NCBI GenBank assembly: GCA_964474885.1
Contig: CAYYWO010000001.1
Span: forward strand, 82,619 to 146,618
DNA from: Candidatus Hadarchaeota archaeon
Lineage (GTDB): Archaea; Hadarchaeota; Hadarchaeia; Hadarchaeales; JAWBSP01
Direction: 5' to 3'
DNA length: 64,000 bases
Part shown: positions 1 to 9,821 of the stretch, one piece after another
How positions within the stretch are numbered: position 1 is the stretch's first letter
How the letters are laid out: the number at the start of each line of letters is the position of its first letter
Translations under genes and position numbers: made by a program
The notes under the pieces: model-generated
What the model saw: the letters and a program-made list of their open reading frames with translations, nothing else
Databases searched by the model: none
Told to the model about the DNA's origin: nothing

Positions 1-1438
1 GAAGGAGTTTCATGCTTTTCGCCCGATGAGTGCAGGCTTGCAAGTCTAATGTAGAAATTTTCTGGAATCTCCACCTTTATTCCTCTTCTCTTACAGATCT
101 CCTTAACGATTTCAGGAGGGATGCCATGTGAGTCGTACAGCAGAAATAGCTGATCTGAGATGTTCAAACCGTCCCTTATCATCCGCTCCACAAGTCTTTC
201 TCCCTTGGACAGGGTTTCCTGATATCTCTTGTGCTCTAGTTCAGATACCGTCAGTATGTAGCTTCTCCGCTCCCAAAGCTCTGGAAATTGGGATTTGAGA
301 AGTTCGAGTTCATACTCCATTAGCTCCAAAAAGTTGGCATCAATCCCGAGTTCTTTCAACAGTCGTATGGTTCTTCGCAAAACGAGCCTAGCCAAATAGC
401 CCTCGGCCATGTTGCTGGGTGTTATGCCATCTCCAAACATGAAGGCTAAGCAGCGCAAGTGATCTGCCACGGCGTAAACATTTTCTATGGGTCTGAGCAA
501 GTGATCTGTCTCCTCCGGTGTCAATCCAATCTCTCTTGCAACACGTTCACGAAGCCACTTCAATCCTCTACCTGATTCGACATCCATTGCCCCAGCTAGC
601 TTGGAGCTCGTCTGAAGCACGTGTTTCGCCGGTTTTTTAACCCCTGCCATCTTTTGGATTTTTTCAACCATGGGACCAAAAATGGCGTCGTACGATGTCG
701 GGTCCCCCCTGGACAACCAAGTCAGTCTCTCCATTCCATAGCCAGTATCGACTATCTGCAGGGGAAGGATCTGCCGGGATCCATTTTTTATCGCGTACCT
801 CATGAAAACAAGGGTGGCCACTTCCAAGCCTCTTACGTTAACCTCGAAATCCTCTCCCGCGTTTCCTCCTCCTTCCCAGAAGCCTTCCACGTAGGTTATT
901 TCTTCTGGGGCTATTCCGAGTTTTTCAGTTAAGAATTCATGACAGAATTCAACTGTCTCGTGGTTCCAGTAGACGGTTTCCTCCTCAGAGTTGAAGGCGT
1001 GATGCCCCCCCATGAAAAAAAGAGTGAAGTGCTTTCCGGAGCGTCCGACATTGTCAATGTCCTTCAGTCTTATGCTCGGCTGACTGATGACTAGGGGATT
1101 TGCAGGAGGTGGAACGGAGCCGCTGGTGACCCAGGGCTGAAAGTTTGCAATGGATGCTATAGTGAGGTAGATGTCATCTCTCCATCTGGCAACTACAGGA
1201 TACCTACGGAGAACTTTATGTCCTTTCTCTTCAAAGAATTTCAGGAACTCTGACTCCATCTGAGCTTGGGTGTACTTCCGACGAGTGGGAGGGTTGCCTA
1301 AAAAAGCGTATTCATCGCAGGGGCTGTCACCGCAGGTTGTTCGGTCAGGATCAAGAGTCCAGAAATACCTACCGCATTTCTTACATCTTTTTCTCTGAAA
1401 TCCCAGCTTCCTCCAGAGTCTGACTTCGTAGATGCCCA
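1..1438 (-). CDS. alaS: Alanyl-tRNA synthetase, N-terminal part (gene continues beyond window start)
   Basis: Minus-strand translation from the ATG at 1438 gives 'MGIYEVRLWRKLGFQRKRCKKCGRYFWTLDPDRTTCGDSPC...RYPVVARWRDDIYLTIASIANFQPWVTSG...GGHHAFN...DTGYGMERLTWL'. This is the archaeal class II AlaRS N-terminus including the zinc-ribbon. The frame stays open to position 1, so with no in-window stop it is missing from the ORF track. Confidence 0.85.
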
Positions 1439-1443
1439 TCTGA

Positions 1444-3843
1444 TTATAGTCCTCGTTCCCTAATTTCTAATGCGGTAACTGGTAGCACTGGCTCGACTTG
1501 GGTGGGCATGTCCTTTGCCTTGTCTCGGTAAAAGCGGTAGAGGCAAGCTTGAGCTGCAGATTCAAGCTCTTCTCTATGCGTTATGAGTATGACTTGCTTG
1601 ATTTGCTCCGGAAGTTTTTCCCTCAGGAGGGCACAAAATTCGGATATTATGCTCCTGTCTAGGTTATGGGTGGGCTCGTCGAGAATCATCCACCCTATTC
1701 GTGGTGCTAATGCAATAGAAATGGCCATCCTAATTATCAGGCAGGCGCTGGCTCTCTCAGCTCCGCTAGCGACCCCCTCGATGGGATGCCAGGTCCCGTT
1801 CCTGTCTCGGAGTTTGAACACGTAGTTCCCGTCCTCAACTCTCAAGGCAACCGTGGTAAAGTCACCATAAGGATATACTCCTGACCAGAAGGCATCCATG
1901 TACTCGTTGACTGCAGTAACGAAGTCTTCACGAAGAGCCGATTGTGTCTTGACAATGGCCGATTGAACTTTAGATAGGAATTCTTGAAGCTCCTGGCGAT
2001 GTGCTATTTCTCTTTCAAGCCTGTCAAGCTTGTTGACCTTTTGCTGGTATTCATCTGCCAGTTGCAGATCCTTGCTTAGCAACGCCTGCAGGGATCGTTG
2101 TTTGTCCTGTAATTCTCCCAATTTCCTGTTTAGCCGGATTTCCTCTTGACTAAGTAACTGTAGCCTGTTTTCGTCAAAGAACTTTTTCTTCTCAGCGAGT
2201 TCACGATTCACTCTAATGAGTTCAGCTTGTTTTGCTACGAGCAACAGCTTGATTTTTTCGAGTTCCATTCTGTCGTCAATCTTTCTTTTGAGCTCCTGAA
2301 GCTCTTGAAGTGACTTTTGTTCCTGATCCCTTAGTTTTTCGAGCTCCTGTTGCAATTCCTGAACTGCGTTTTTCAGCTCACCCTCTTCTGGCCCGATCTG
2401 TTTGAGTCTCTCTGATATAGCCTCGAAGTCTGCACGGCACTTCTCTAAACCCTCAGCCTGCATCCTGAGCTGTTCTATGTTCCGATAGGACTGTCTTAGA
2501 AGTTCAAGCTCTTTTTTCAAAAGATCAAGCTGAGCTCTGGTTTGTTCTTCCTCCTTTTCCAGTTCTGCTAACGTTTGTTTCTTTCGATCTACAAGAGAAG
2601 CTTTCTTCTTCTCGTCCAGTGGACTCTCGCAGACTGGGCACACAGCTTCTGCCCGACTGAGATCCTTCAAGCTCTTTGAGGTATCTGAGGCCAGGGTGCG
2701 AATCCTTGTAAGTTCTTGGGTCTTATCTTGAATATCCTTTTCCAGTCTGCTCAATCTTTCTTCCACACTGTCCACATTCATTCCTTCGAGGCGCTGGCTT
2801 GCCTCCATTTTTTCCTGAATCGATTGTTGAAGCAGGTTCAGCTTCGTTTCCAGTTGGGCCCGTTCTGTCTTGAGGTACTCTAACCTAGAGTTTTTCGTTT
2901 GGAACTCGCCTTGGACCATTTCTTTTTTAGCCTGAATAGCTCGGAGCGAGCTTTCTATAATGTCTTTTTGATTTTTCAAAACCTCCAGTGGTATGTTGGC
3001 CAAATTCCCAAGCCTCTTCTCCCACCCCTTCTGTTGCTCCATAAGGCCCCGTACCTCAGCTTGTAACTCGCCATGTTTTTGTTGCAGCTGATTGATTTCT
3101 TGCTGAATCGACCTAAGTTTCTCCAACTCATCCCGAATTGCGGAGAGTCTCTGATTGTATTCATTCAGCTCCCGGGTGGTGGAAGCAATCTGTCCTTGTA
3201 TTTTCTGAACTTCTTCATTAAGTTCCCGAAGCTTCTCTCTAGGTTTTTCGTTTTTTAGATTCTCGAGATCACGCTGTCTGCTGTCAATTACCCTCTTCAG
3301 ATAATTAACTAGGCGGACAGCATTTTTTCTAGCCTGCTCTAGCTGGTCTATACCGAGAATCTGATCTATCCTTCTTTTTCTATCCTTGTCCACAAGCAAG
3401 AGATCCAATTCATCTTGCTCGCTGTAGACAGCTCTAGAATAGAGTTCAAAGTCTATGTTGTCCAGTACCTTCTGGATTTCCTCTGTGACCTTCCTCGAGC
3501 CTTCTGGTACGACGAGCTTCCCTTCTTTCCGGAGCTCGGCTTTTGATCCTCCACCTCTTTCAATCTGTCTTGTGACGGTGTACTCACAACCGTCAGGTGC
3601 GATGAAAGATACCTCAACGGTCGCTCTTTCCGCTTTATCTGGCCTGTTTGTGATCAGATCCTCCAGCTTTATCTGTCGGCGTTGTACGGCGCTTACTGTT
3701 CCGAAAAGAGCAAAAGTTATTGCTTCAACTATTGAACTCTTGCCGCTTCCTGCATGACCCACGAGCACGTTGGTGCCTTTTCCAAATTCAATCTCAGTTT
3801 TACGATGGGACTTCCAGTTTTCTAGCTTAACTCTTGTGATCAT
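1444..3843 (-). CDS. rad50: DNA double-strand break repair ATPase Rad50
   Basis: 799 aa. Walker A 'GHAGSGKSS', long heptad coiled coil, zinc hook 'CPVC', ABC signature-like 'ASGAER', Walker B/D-loop 'MILDEPTHNLD'. Start overlaps mre11 stop (ATGA). Confidence 0.92.
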   Translation of the reverse strand: MITRVKLENWKSHRKTEIEFGKGTNVLVGHAGSGKSSIVEAITFALFGTVSAVQRRQIKLEDLITNRPDKAERATVEVSFIAPDGCEYTVTRQIERGGGSKAELRKEGKLVVPEGSRKVTEEIQKVLDNIDFELYSRAVYSEQDELDLLLVDKDRKRRIDQILGIDQLEQARKNAVRLVNYLKRVIDSRQRDLENLKNEKPREKLRELNEEVQKIQGQIASTTRELNEYNQRLSAIRDELEKLRSIQQEINQLQQKHGELQAEVRGLMEQQKGWEKRLGNLANIPLEVLKNQKDIIESSLRAIQAKKEMVQGEFQTKNSRLEYLKTERAQLETKLNLLQQSIQEKMEASQRLEGMNVDSVEERLSRLEKDIQDKTQELTRIRTLASDTSKSLKDLSRAEAVCPVCESPLDEKKKASLVDRKKQTLAELEKEEEQTRAQLDLLKKELELLRQSYRNIEQLRMQAEGLEKCRADFEAISERLKQIGPEEGELKNAVQELQQELEKLRDQEQKSLQELQELKRKIDDRMELEKIKLLLVAKQAELIRVNRELAEKKKFFDENRLQLLSQEEIRLNRKLGELQDKQRSLQALLSKDLQLADEYQQKVNKLDRLEREIAHRQELQEFLSKVQSAIVKTQSALREDFVTAVNEYMDAFWSGVYPYGDFTTVALRVEDGNYVFKLRDRNGTWHPIEGVASGAERASACLIIRMAISIALAPRIGWMILDEPTHNLDRSIISEFCALLREKLPEQIKQVILITHREELESAAQACLYRFYRDKAKDMPTQVEPVLPVTALEIRERGL

Positions 3844-5069
3844 GAGCCCAATCGTTCCTCTATTATCTTGTCGATCTTTACCTCGGGATCCTCCTCCTCG
3901 CTTAGCAGATGGTAGAGTTCGTTTAAAGACAGCGGCATGCTTGTTGTTAACTTCTGCAAGTAAGCCTCTAAGAGGCGCATTGTTTTTTCCCTCAGTGAGA
4001 GTCTACTGCTCTTTAGCTCCCTGATTACCTCAGCCTTTTCGCCGAGAGATCGGGGGACAAGAGAGCTTTTATCAATCTCTAAGAGCGCGCGGCCAGAGAA
4101 TTCGTCGATGATCGGTCTGAAGTCCAAGTCGCTCAGAGACAGACCGCGAGCAACAGTGCCCAGCAACTTGATCTTTATGAGGGGAGACTTGCGTGGGTTC
4201 TTTCTAGGTTTCGACAGGATATTTTCCACTACGTCTTTGATAGTTTTGTTTATCTCATCTCTCTGAGCTTCAGAAAAAGCGACTTTTTCGTAGTAGAAAT
4301 CTCTAACCGTCTCGAGTTCCACGAATTCGTACGAAATCTTTGAGGAGGAGATATCTATCAGATAGAACCCTTTTTCTTTTTCAGTCTCTAGCAACTGTGT
4401 TCTGACAGTTGATCCGGGAAAGAGGAGTGGCTTGCCCCTCACGCGAGTCTCGTTTCGCAAGTGAACATGACCGCAAACGTAAAGATCGAAACCGGGTGGT
4501 AAGTCGGAAAGCTGTATCCTAGCCTGCTCCCCCTTTTGGAAGACGAACGGTCCAATCGATTGGTGAAGAATCAAGATGTTTATGGCATTCTCGACGGGGC
4601 GTGGCTTCCAGTATTTAAGCACATCCAAAGCTCGGCTCTCGTTGACATAGCTCATTCCATGGATAGCGACTTTGCCATCAGGTCCCTCAAAAATAACCTT
4701 GCTACAATGGAGATAGACGAGGAAACCGGCTTCATGAAGGACGTGGAAAACGTTGGTGCTACCCCTAGACAAGAATTCATGGTTCCCGTGCACAGCGACG
4801 ACAGGTATACCGGCAAAGTTTTCTTTTGCTTCAGTGCAGGAAAGATTAGAGGATACCTCCTTTGGTATCCTCAAGATCCGGATGGCCTCTTTCCAGACCT
4901 CTAGCGGCGGTCTCTGAATGTTGAATAAGTCACCAGTCAGTAGGATGAGCTCAGCCCCTCTTTGGATGGCCTTTCTGAACGCCTCCTCCGCCTGTTCGAT
5001 TGTGTCCCTGTATCTGGGGCTACCATACTTAAAGCCCAAATGAGTATCGGATATCGCAGCAATTTTCAT
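3840..5069 (-). CDS. mre11: DNA repair nuclease Mre11 (calcineurin-like phosphoesterase)
   Basis: 409 aa. Phosphoesterase motifs 'ISDTHLG', 'GDLFN', 'GNHE', 'GHVH'. Translationally coupled to rad50. Confidence 0.9.
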   Translation of the reverse strand: MKIAAISDTHLGFKYGSPRYRDTIEQAEEAFRKAIQRGAELILLTGDLFNIQRPPLEVWKEAIRILRIPKEVSSNLSCTEAKENFAGIPVVAVHGNHEFLSRGSTNVFHVLHEAGFLVYLHCSKVIFEGPDGKVAIHGMSYVNESRALDVLKYWKPRPVENAINILILHQSIGPFVFQKGEQARIQLSDLPPGFDLYVCGHVHLRNETRVRGKPLLFPGSTVRTQLLETEKEKGFYLIDISSSKISYEFVELETVRDFYYEKVAFSEAQRDEINKTIKDVVENILSKPRKNPRKSPLIKIKLLGTVARGLSLSDLDFRPIIDEFSGRALLEIDKSSLVPRSLGEKAEVIRELKSSRLSLREKTMRLLEAYLQKLTTSMPLSLNELYHLLSEEEDPEVKIDKIIEERLGS

Positions 5070-5431
5070 GCCTGAAAACTAGTCTTCTCCTTATTAACTC
5101 TATCGTCGGGGCCTCCAAAAGGGAGGGGATGACGAGACACTTCCAGTCACCTCTCTCCCTGAATTTATGGCGAAATATCGTGATCGCTAGAGATGCCAAA
5201 AAGACCTGTGACTCGGCGGAGGCACACGTAACAAGCACAGTATTTCCAGTTCCCATGGGCTGATGTAGCTTGCAACCGTTCAAGAGCACCCAACAAGGCT
5301 CCTGAAGCACAACTAACATCTGTGGAGATGGAGCCTCCTCACTTCAGCCTTGCGCTGGACATGCCCCTTTGAAGCAGGAAGCCCCCGGAAGTGAGGTTCA
5401 CGTCAGATTTTTCCCCTGAAGGCATTCATTC

Positions 5432-6625
5432 ATGATGACTCTCGCATGGACAGAAAAGTACAGGCCGAAAACCCTACGGGAGATTGCTGGGCAACCAGCA
5501 GCAGTGGAGGCAATGACACGATGGGCAAAAGGATGGGAGCGTGGGAAACCAGATAAGCCAGCCCTCTTGTTGTACGGGCCCCCTGGTACCGGCAAAACTT
5601 CAGCTGCACTAGCACTGGCTAGAGACATGCACTGGGACTGTATTGAATTGAACGCGAGTGATGAGAGAACCTATCGGGCGATCAAAACGATTGCGGAACG
5701 GGCTAGGATGGGTTCCGTTCTGGGAGGTCGGAAGATGATACTCTTGGATGAAGCAGACAATGTCTATGGAGTTGAGCGGGGCGGCTACCGAGCTATTTTG
5801 GAACTGCTCCAGACGTTCTCCACACCTGTGGTTCTAACTGCAACCAATAACAGGGACATACCAGATTCTGTCAGAAGGATGTGCCGTGAGGTCTCCTTCA
5901 CAAAAGTGAGGGCCACAACTGTTCAGAAGGTCCTTTCCAAGATATGCGAAGCTGAGAAAATCCGTCTTCCGGCTGAAACCTTGAAACTGATAGCCGAACG
6001 TTGCAAAGGAGATTTGAGAGCCGCAATAAACGACTTACAGGCGACTTGTGCTTTGCCTGAGTCTAGGGCGCACGTATCGATGCGGGTCAGTGAGATAAAT
6101 ATTTTCCAAGTCCTAGGGGCACTGCTGAAAGCCAGATCCGCCTCGGAAGCGAGGTCTCTCTTATTTAACTTGGATATGCCTCCCGACGAGGCTTTAAGCT
6201 GGATATGCGAGAACATCCCTAGGATGTTGAGAGAAGTGGATGATCTTGCGAGAGTTTATGATCATTTGGCCCAGGCAGATCTTTATCGTGCGAGAATTCT
6301 CAGACGACAGGCCTATAGGCTCATGAAATATTTGGTCGACTTTATGACGGCAGGAGTTTCTTTGAGCAGAAGAGGGGACTTCTCATATGTAAAATTTCAG
6401 TTCCCCTCCATAGGAATTCTCATGAGTCGAACTAGAGAAGTTAGAAATCTCCGGGACAGTGTAGCTTTGAAAGTAGCTAAGTATTGTCATACTTCCAGCC
6501 GAATTGCTACGAAGCATTTTCTTCCATATCTTCGATACATCGTTCGCTCTTCTCCATCAGTAGTCGAAAAGTTGCAACTGACTCCTGACGAGCTGAGTTT
6601 TCTAGGGGTTAATGAGAATAGTTAA
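5432..6625 (+). CDS. rfcL: Replication factor C subunit, probably large subunit
   Basis: 397 aa. 'EKYRPKTLREIAGQ', Walker A 'LLLYGPPGTGKTS', 'ELNASDER' RFC box. No small-subunit 'SRC' motif. Confidence 0.75.
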   Translation: MMTLAWTEKYRPKTLREIAGQPAAVEAMTRWAKGWERGKPDKPALLLYGPPGTGKTSAALALARDMHWDCIELNASDERTYRAIKTIAERARMGSVLGGRKMILLDEADNVYGVERGGYRAILELLQTFSTPVVLTATNNRDIPDSVRRMCREVSFTKVRATTVQKVLSKICEAEKIRLPAETLKLIAERCKGDLRAAINDLQATCALPESRAHVSMRVSEINIFQVLGALLKARSASEARSLLFNLDMPPDEALSWICENIPRMLREVDDLARVYDHLAQADLYRARILRRQAYRLMKYLVDFMTAGVSLSRRGDFSYVKFQFPSIGILMSRTREVRNLRDSVALKVAKYCHTSSRIATKHFLPYLRYIVRSSPSVVEKLQLTPDELSFLGVNENS

Positions 6626-7715
6626 AAGGTTTCAGCTGGGCAGGCTTGTAACACCTGTCCTTAATCGCCGTCTACCGGTTCACAATTGGTATCTCATGAA
6701 AGAGAGCTTCTCGAGGGATCTTGTAGTTATGCTGGTGAATAGCTTTTGGTTATGTAAAGGCGATAAGGTTTTAGACCCTTTTGTTGGAGCAGGAACTACT
6801 TGCCTAACCTGCAAGGAACTTGGTATAGATAGTATCGGTCTTGATGTGCACCCACTCATGCTCTTCGTTTCTCGGACGAAGACGGCTGATTACTCGCTCC
6901 CAGACCTTCAAGAAAGAGCGAGGGAAATATTCTCGGAAAAACCTGGAGAAACCTCCTCTCCTCCCGATTTGCAGACCTATTTTCCTGCCCGGGTTCTCAA
7001 TGAGTTATGGTTTTACAGGGCTAGAATCCTTGAGCTGAAGAACCCGGAGCAGGGGTTCTTTCTCTTAGCTCTCCTCAGGGCCGCAATGGAGTGCTCTCTT
7101 ATCGAAAAGGACGGGGCGGTACTAAAAATCCTGCATGATAAGCCGGTTCCTAGGTTTCTAGATTCTTTTAGACGAATAGTTGGCTGGATGCTGGATGACC
7201 TGAAACGCTTTAAGAGCGGAGGGGGGCAAGTGGAAATAAAGGAAAGGGATGCAAGATTGGGTTTAGACGAAGAGGTAGATGCAGTAATAACTTCTCCACC
7301 TTATCTGAACAAAACTGAGTACATAACTGCTTACAAAATTGAGGAAAGAATATGTGCCCTGCCCTCGAGCAGGCCAGATGCCTTTATTGGCTCTAGGAAA
7401 CACAAACTCCCCAGCTTTCTGGAAGATGTTTGTCCCGATGAAGCCCCTGAGGTCATCGCCTACTTTTCAGATATTTGCGAAGTTCTTGAGAGACTTCATG
7501 ATGTTTGCAAGGAGGGGTCAAAAGTTGCAATGGTTGCATCGGATGGAGGTTTTAGTGACAGAGTAGTCCCAGTCTGCTTACCTCTCTGCCGTCTTGCTGA
7601 GAAGGTTGGTTTCAGAGCCAAGAAGATGCTGATAGTGAACGAAAGGTACTGCACCACACCTTCTAGAAGGAAGGTAGGTAAGATGCAAGAAGCGATTCTG
7701 ATTTTTGAAAAGTAG
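6612..7715 (+). CDS. Class I SAM-dependent methyltransferase with amino-methyltransferase-type motifs (possible orphan N4/N6 DNA MTase)
   Basis: 367 aa. Motif I 'VLDPFVGAGTT' near N-terminus. Motif IV 'ITSPPYLNK' about 170 aa downstream. Overlaps rfcL stop by 14 nt. Confidence 0.6.
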   Translation: MRIVKRFQLGRLVTPVLNRRLPVHNWYLMKESFSRDLVVMLVNSFWLCKGDKVLDPFVGAGTTCLTCKELGIDSIGLDVHPLMLFVSRTKTADYSLPDLQERAREIFSEKPGETSSPPDLQTYFPARVLNELWFYRARILELKNPEQGFFLLALLRAAMECSLIEKDGAVLKILHDKPVPRFLDSFRRIVGWMLDDLKRFKSGGGQVEIKERDARLGLDEEVDAVITSPPYLNKTEYITAYKIEERICALPSSRPDAFIGSRKHKLPSFLEDVCPDEAPEVIAYFSDICEVLERLHDVCKEGSKVAMVASDGGFSDRVVPVCLPLCRLAEKVGFRAKKMLIVNERYCTTPSRRKVGKMQEAILIFEK

Positions 7716-8604
7716 GTCTGAAGTAGGGTTCTCTGAGTTGCACTGCCTTTTTTAAGGCGGATGATATTTCCTTTCGATCTTGTTTTTTCAGCGCCTCTCT
7801 AGCATCCACGAGATTATTATTCCTCAGGAGGCAGGGCTTGAGGAAGCCGTCAGGTGTGACTCTAAGGCGGAAGCAATTCATACAAAACTGAGGATTGTGC
7901 ATGGGTTTGACAATTTCTACTACGCAGTTGTCTAGGTAATATTTCTTTCTGAAGTGCATTGGTCTTGTTTCAACCTTTCTAGCTAACTTGTGAATCTTGT
8001 TTTCAACCTCCTTCAGATCCACCCAAAAAGGTTGTAAACCCCTTTTTAGGGGTAAAAGCTCTATGAGTTGTAGAATAAGACCATATCGAGAGCAAAATTC
8101 GATGAAGTGCTCAATCTCTTGGTCATTCACCCCCCGTAGTAGTACCATGTTCACTTTTATTGGCCGTAGTCCAGCATCTTGAGCGCTTTTTATACCCTCA
8201 AGTACATCATCTATGCACCTCCTGCCGGTGATGAGTTTGTATTTATCTGCGGAAAGGGTGGGCAAGTCCACGTTCACCCTCTTGAGACCAGCATTAGCCA
8301 GCCTAGGGGCCAGAGGTGCAAGTAGTGTGCCATTAGTTGTCATGGAAACTTCTAAGTCGGACATGCCCTCGATGATCTCACAGATGTCCCTCCGCAGGAG
8401 GGGCTCACCTCCGGTGATCTTCACCTCTTTTATTCCTAGCTCCTCTTTAGCCACCGAAGTGAGTTCACGGATCTCATCGGGACCCAGTTCATCTTTTCTC
8501 CTGAGATATCCTTCTGAGTGGCAGAAAAAGCAATTCAGGTTACATCGGTTTGTAACAGAGATTCTGAGCCCCCTAACTGGACGGCCGAATCTATCCGTCA
8601 CCAA
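7663..8604 (-). CDS. moaA: GTP 3',8-cyclase MoaA (radical SAM, molybdenum cofactor biosynthesis)
   Basis: 313 aa. Radical-SAM cluster 'CNLNCFFC', 'ITGGEPLL', MoaA C-terminal domain. Confidence 0.88.
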   Translation of the reverse strand: MVTDRFGRPVRGLRISVTNRCNLNCFFCHSEGYLRRKDELGPDEIRELTSVAKEELGIKEVKITGGEPLLRRDICEIIEGMSDLEVSMTTNGTLLAPLAPRLANAGLKRVNVDLPTLSADKYKLITGRRCIDDVLEGIKSAQDAGLRPIKVNMVLLRGVNDQEIEHFIEFCSRYGLILQLIELLPLKRGLQPFWVDLKEVENKIHKLARKVETRPMHFRKKYYLDNCVVEIVKPMHNPQFCMNCFRLRVTPDGFLKPCLLRNNNLVDAREALKKQDRKEISSALKKAVQLREPYFRPTFQKSESLLASYLPSF

Positions 8605-9781
8605 GCAAGTTCACCTCTATTTTCTCTCCTGCTCTAAGGTATTCAACCTCTGCAGGTATTTTTACGTACCCATCGGCTTGGCTGAGCAAGTTTATTGAAT
8701 CAGATCCCTGCCGCATGGGGACGACCTTTCTTCCCTGAAACTTGACTAAAACGAACTCTTCTTTGCCCTTTTCAGACGGTAAGCTCAGGGCAAGTTCGGC
8801 TTTCTTTCTTTTCTCTTTCTCCTTTTTTCCGCAGAGTTCAAGGAGAAAAGGTCTGACAAGTTCCAGGAACATGAAGAAGGCCGAGAGAGGGTTTCCTGGT
8901 AGGGCAAAAACCGGTTTTTCACGAAAAAAGCCGAAAGCAGTAGGTTTCCCAGGTCTGACAGCTATGCCATGAAAAACAAGAGAAAGAATCCGAGGGACGA
9001 GATCGTCCTTGCCAGCGGAAGTCCCCCCCGTTAAGATTATTAGATCACATGAAGAAGCCTTCCGCAATTTGTCCCCGATTGCATCAGCTTGATCCGGTGC
9101 TATCCCACAGTAGGTGACTCCACAACCGATCTTCCTCAGTAGGGCAGAGAGCAAAGGTCCGTTAATATCAGTTATCTTTCCTGGGGCGAGCGGCTCATTC
9201 CAAGAGACAAGTTCGTTGCCCGTGGAAATCAAACCGACCCTCGGTGGTGAGTAAACATTCACATAGCGCACACCGCCAGCTGTCAGGAGGCCCAACTCCA
9301 GGATACCCAGAACCTGCCCTTCTTTGAGCAAGATGTCCCCCTGCCTTACCCTTGAACCTTTTTTTGAGACGTTTTCCCAGGGTGCAACGGGTCGGAAGAT
9401 ATAGATCTCCCCATCTTCTTGTACAAATTCGATCGGGACAACTGCATCGGCACCAGGTGGTAGGGGGGCGCCAGTTTCGATTTTTGCACACTGACCTCCT
9501 TGTAGGGAGATTTGGGGCCACTCTCCCGGCTTAATGCTACCAACATGTTCTAACTTGATGGGCTTTTCTTCATTGGCTCCTACAGTATCTTGCGATTGAA
9601 CGGCGTACCCGTCTGCACTGGCTCGGTGGAAAGGGGGATGGTCGATCTCTGCTTTCACCTCACCGGCGAGAACTTTTCCCACGGCCTCAGTCACGGGGAC
9701 ACATTCAATCCTTGGCTTTATCTTCCAGTGGGTTCTGATAAGTCTCTTCGCCTGTTCAAGGGAAACAACCCTAAACATCAA
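8591..9781 (-). CDS. moeA: Molybdopterin molybdenumtransferase MoeA
   Basis: 396 aa. MoeA N/linker domain 'ADGYAV' and MoCF-biosynthesis domain. 14-nt overlap with moaA. Confidence 0.82.
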   Translation of the reverse strand: MMFRVVSLEQAKRLIRTHWKIKPRIECVPVTEAVGKVLAGEVKAEIDHPPFHRASADGYAVQSQDTVGANEEKPIKLEHVGSIKPGEWPQISLQGGQCAKIETGAPLPPGADAVVPIEFVQEDGEIYIFRPVAPWENVSKKGSRVRQGDILLKEGQVLGILELGLLTAGGVRYVNVYSPPRVGLISTGNELVSWNEPLAPGKITDINGPLLSALLRKIGCGVTYCGIAPDQADAIGDKLRKASSCDLIILTGGTSAGKDDLVPRILSLVFHGIAVRPGKPTAFGFFREKPVFALPGNPLSAFFMFLELVRPFLLELCGKKEKEKRKKAELALSLPSEKGKEEFVLVKFQGRKVVPMRQGSDSINLLSQADGYVKIPAEVEYLRAGEKIEVNLLGDG

Positions 9782-9821
9782 ATATCCAGAAGTTCAATAT
9801 AGAGGCGATGATGATACTGGG

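Noticed and set aside
621-932. 103-aa plus-strand ORF
   Set aside because: Lies entirely antisense to the alaS coding region, which has strong homology on the minus strand. No motif. Typical shadow ORF.
1003-1030. Apparent frameshift in alaS at the C7/A7 homopolymer run
   Set aside because: Careful counting (7 G then 7 T on the minus strand) keeps 'HFTLFFMGGHHAFN' in a single frame with the start codon at 1438. No frameshift is needed.
1583-3757. Several 60 to 100-aa ORFs inside rad50 (1583-1825, 2976-3164, 3073-3258, 3455-3757)
   Set aside because: All are embedded in or antisense to the well-supported rad50 gene. Their low-complexity translations result from the coiled-coil codon periodicity.
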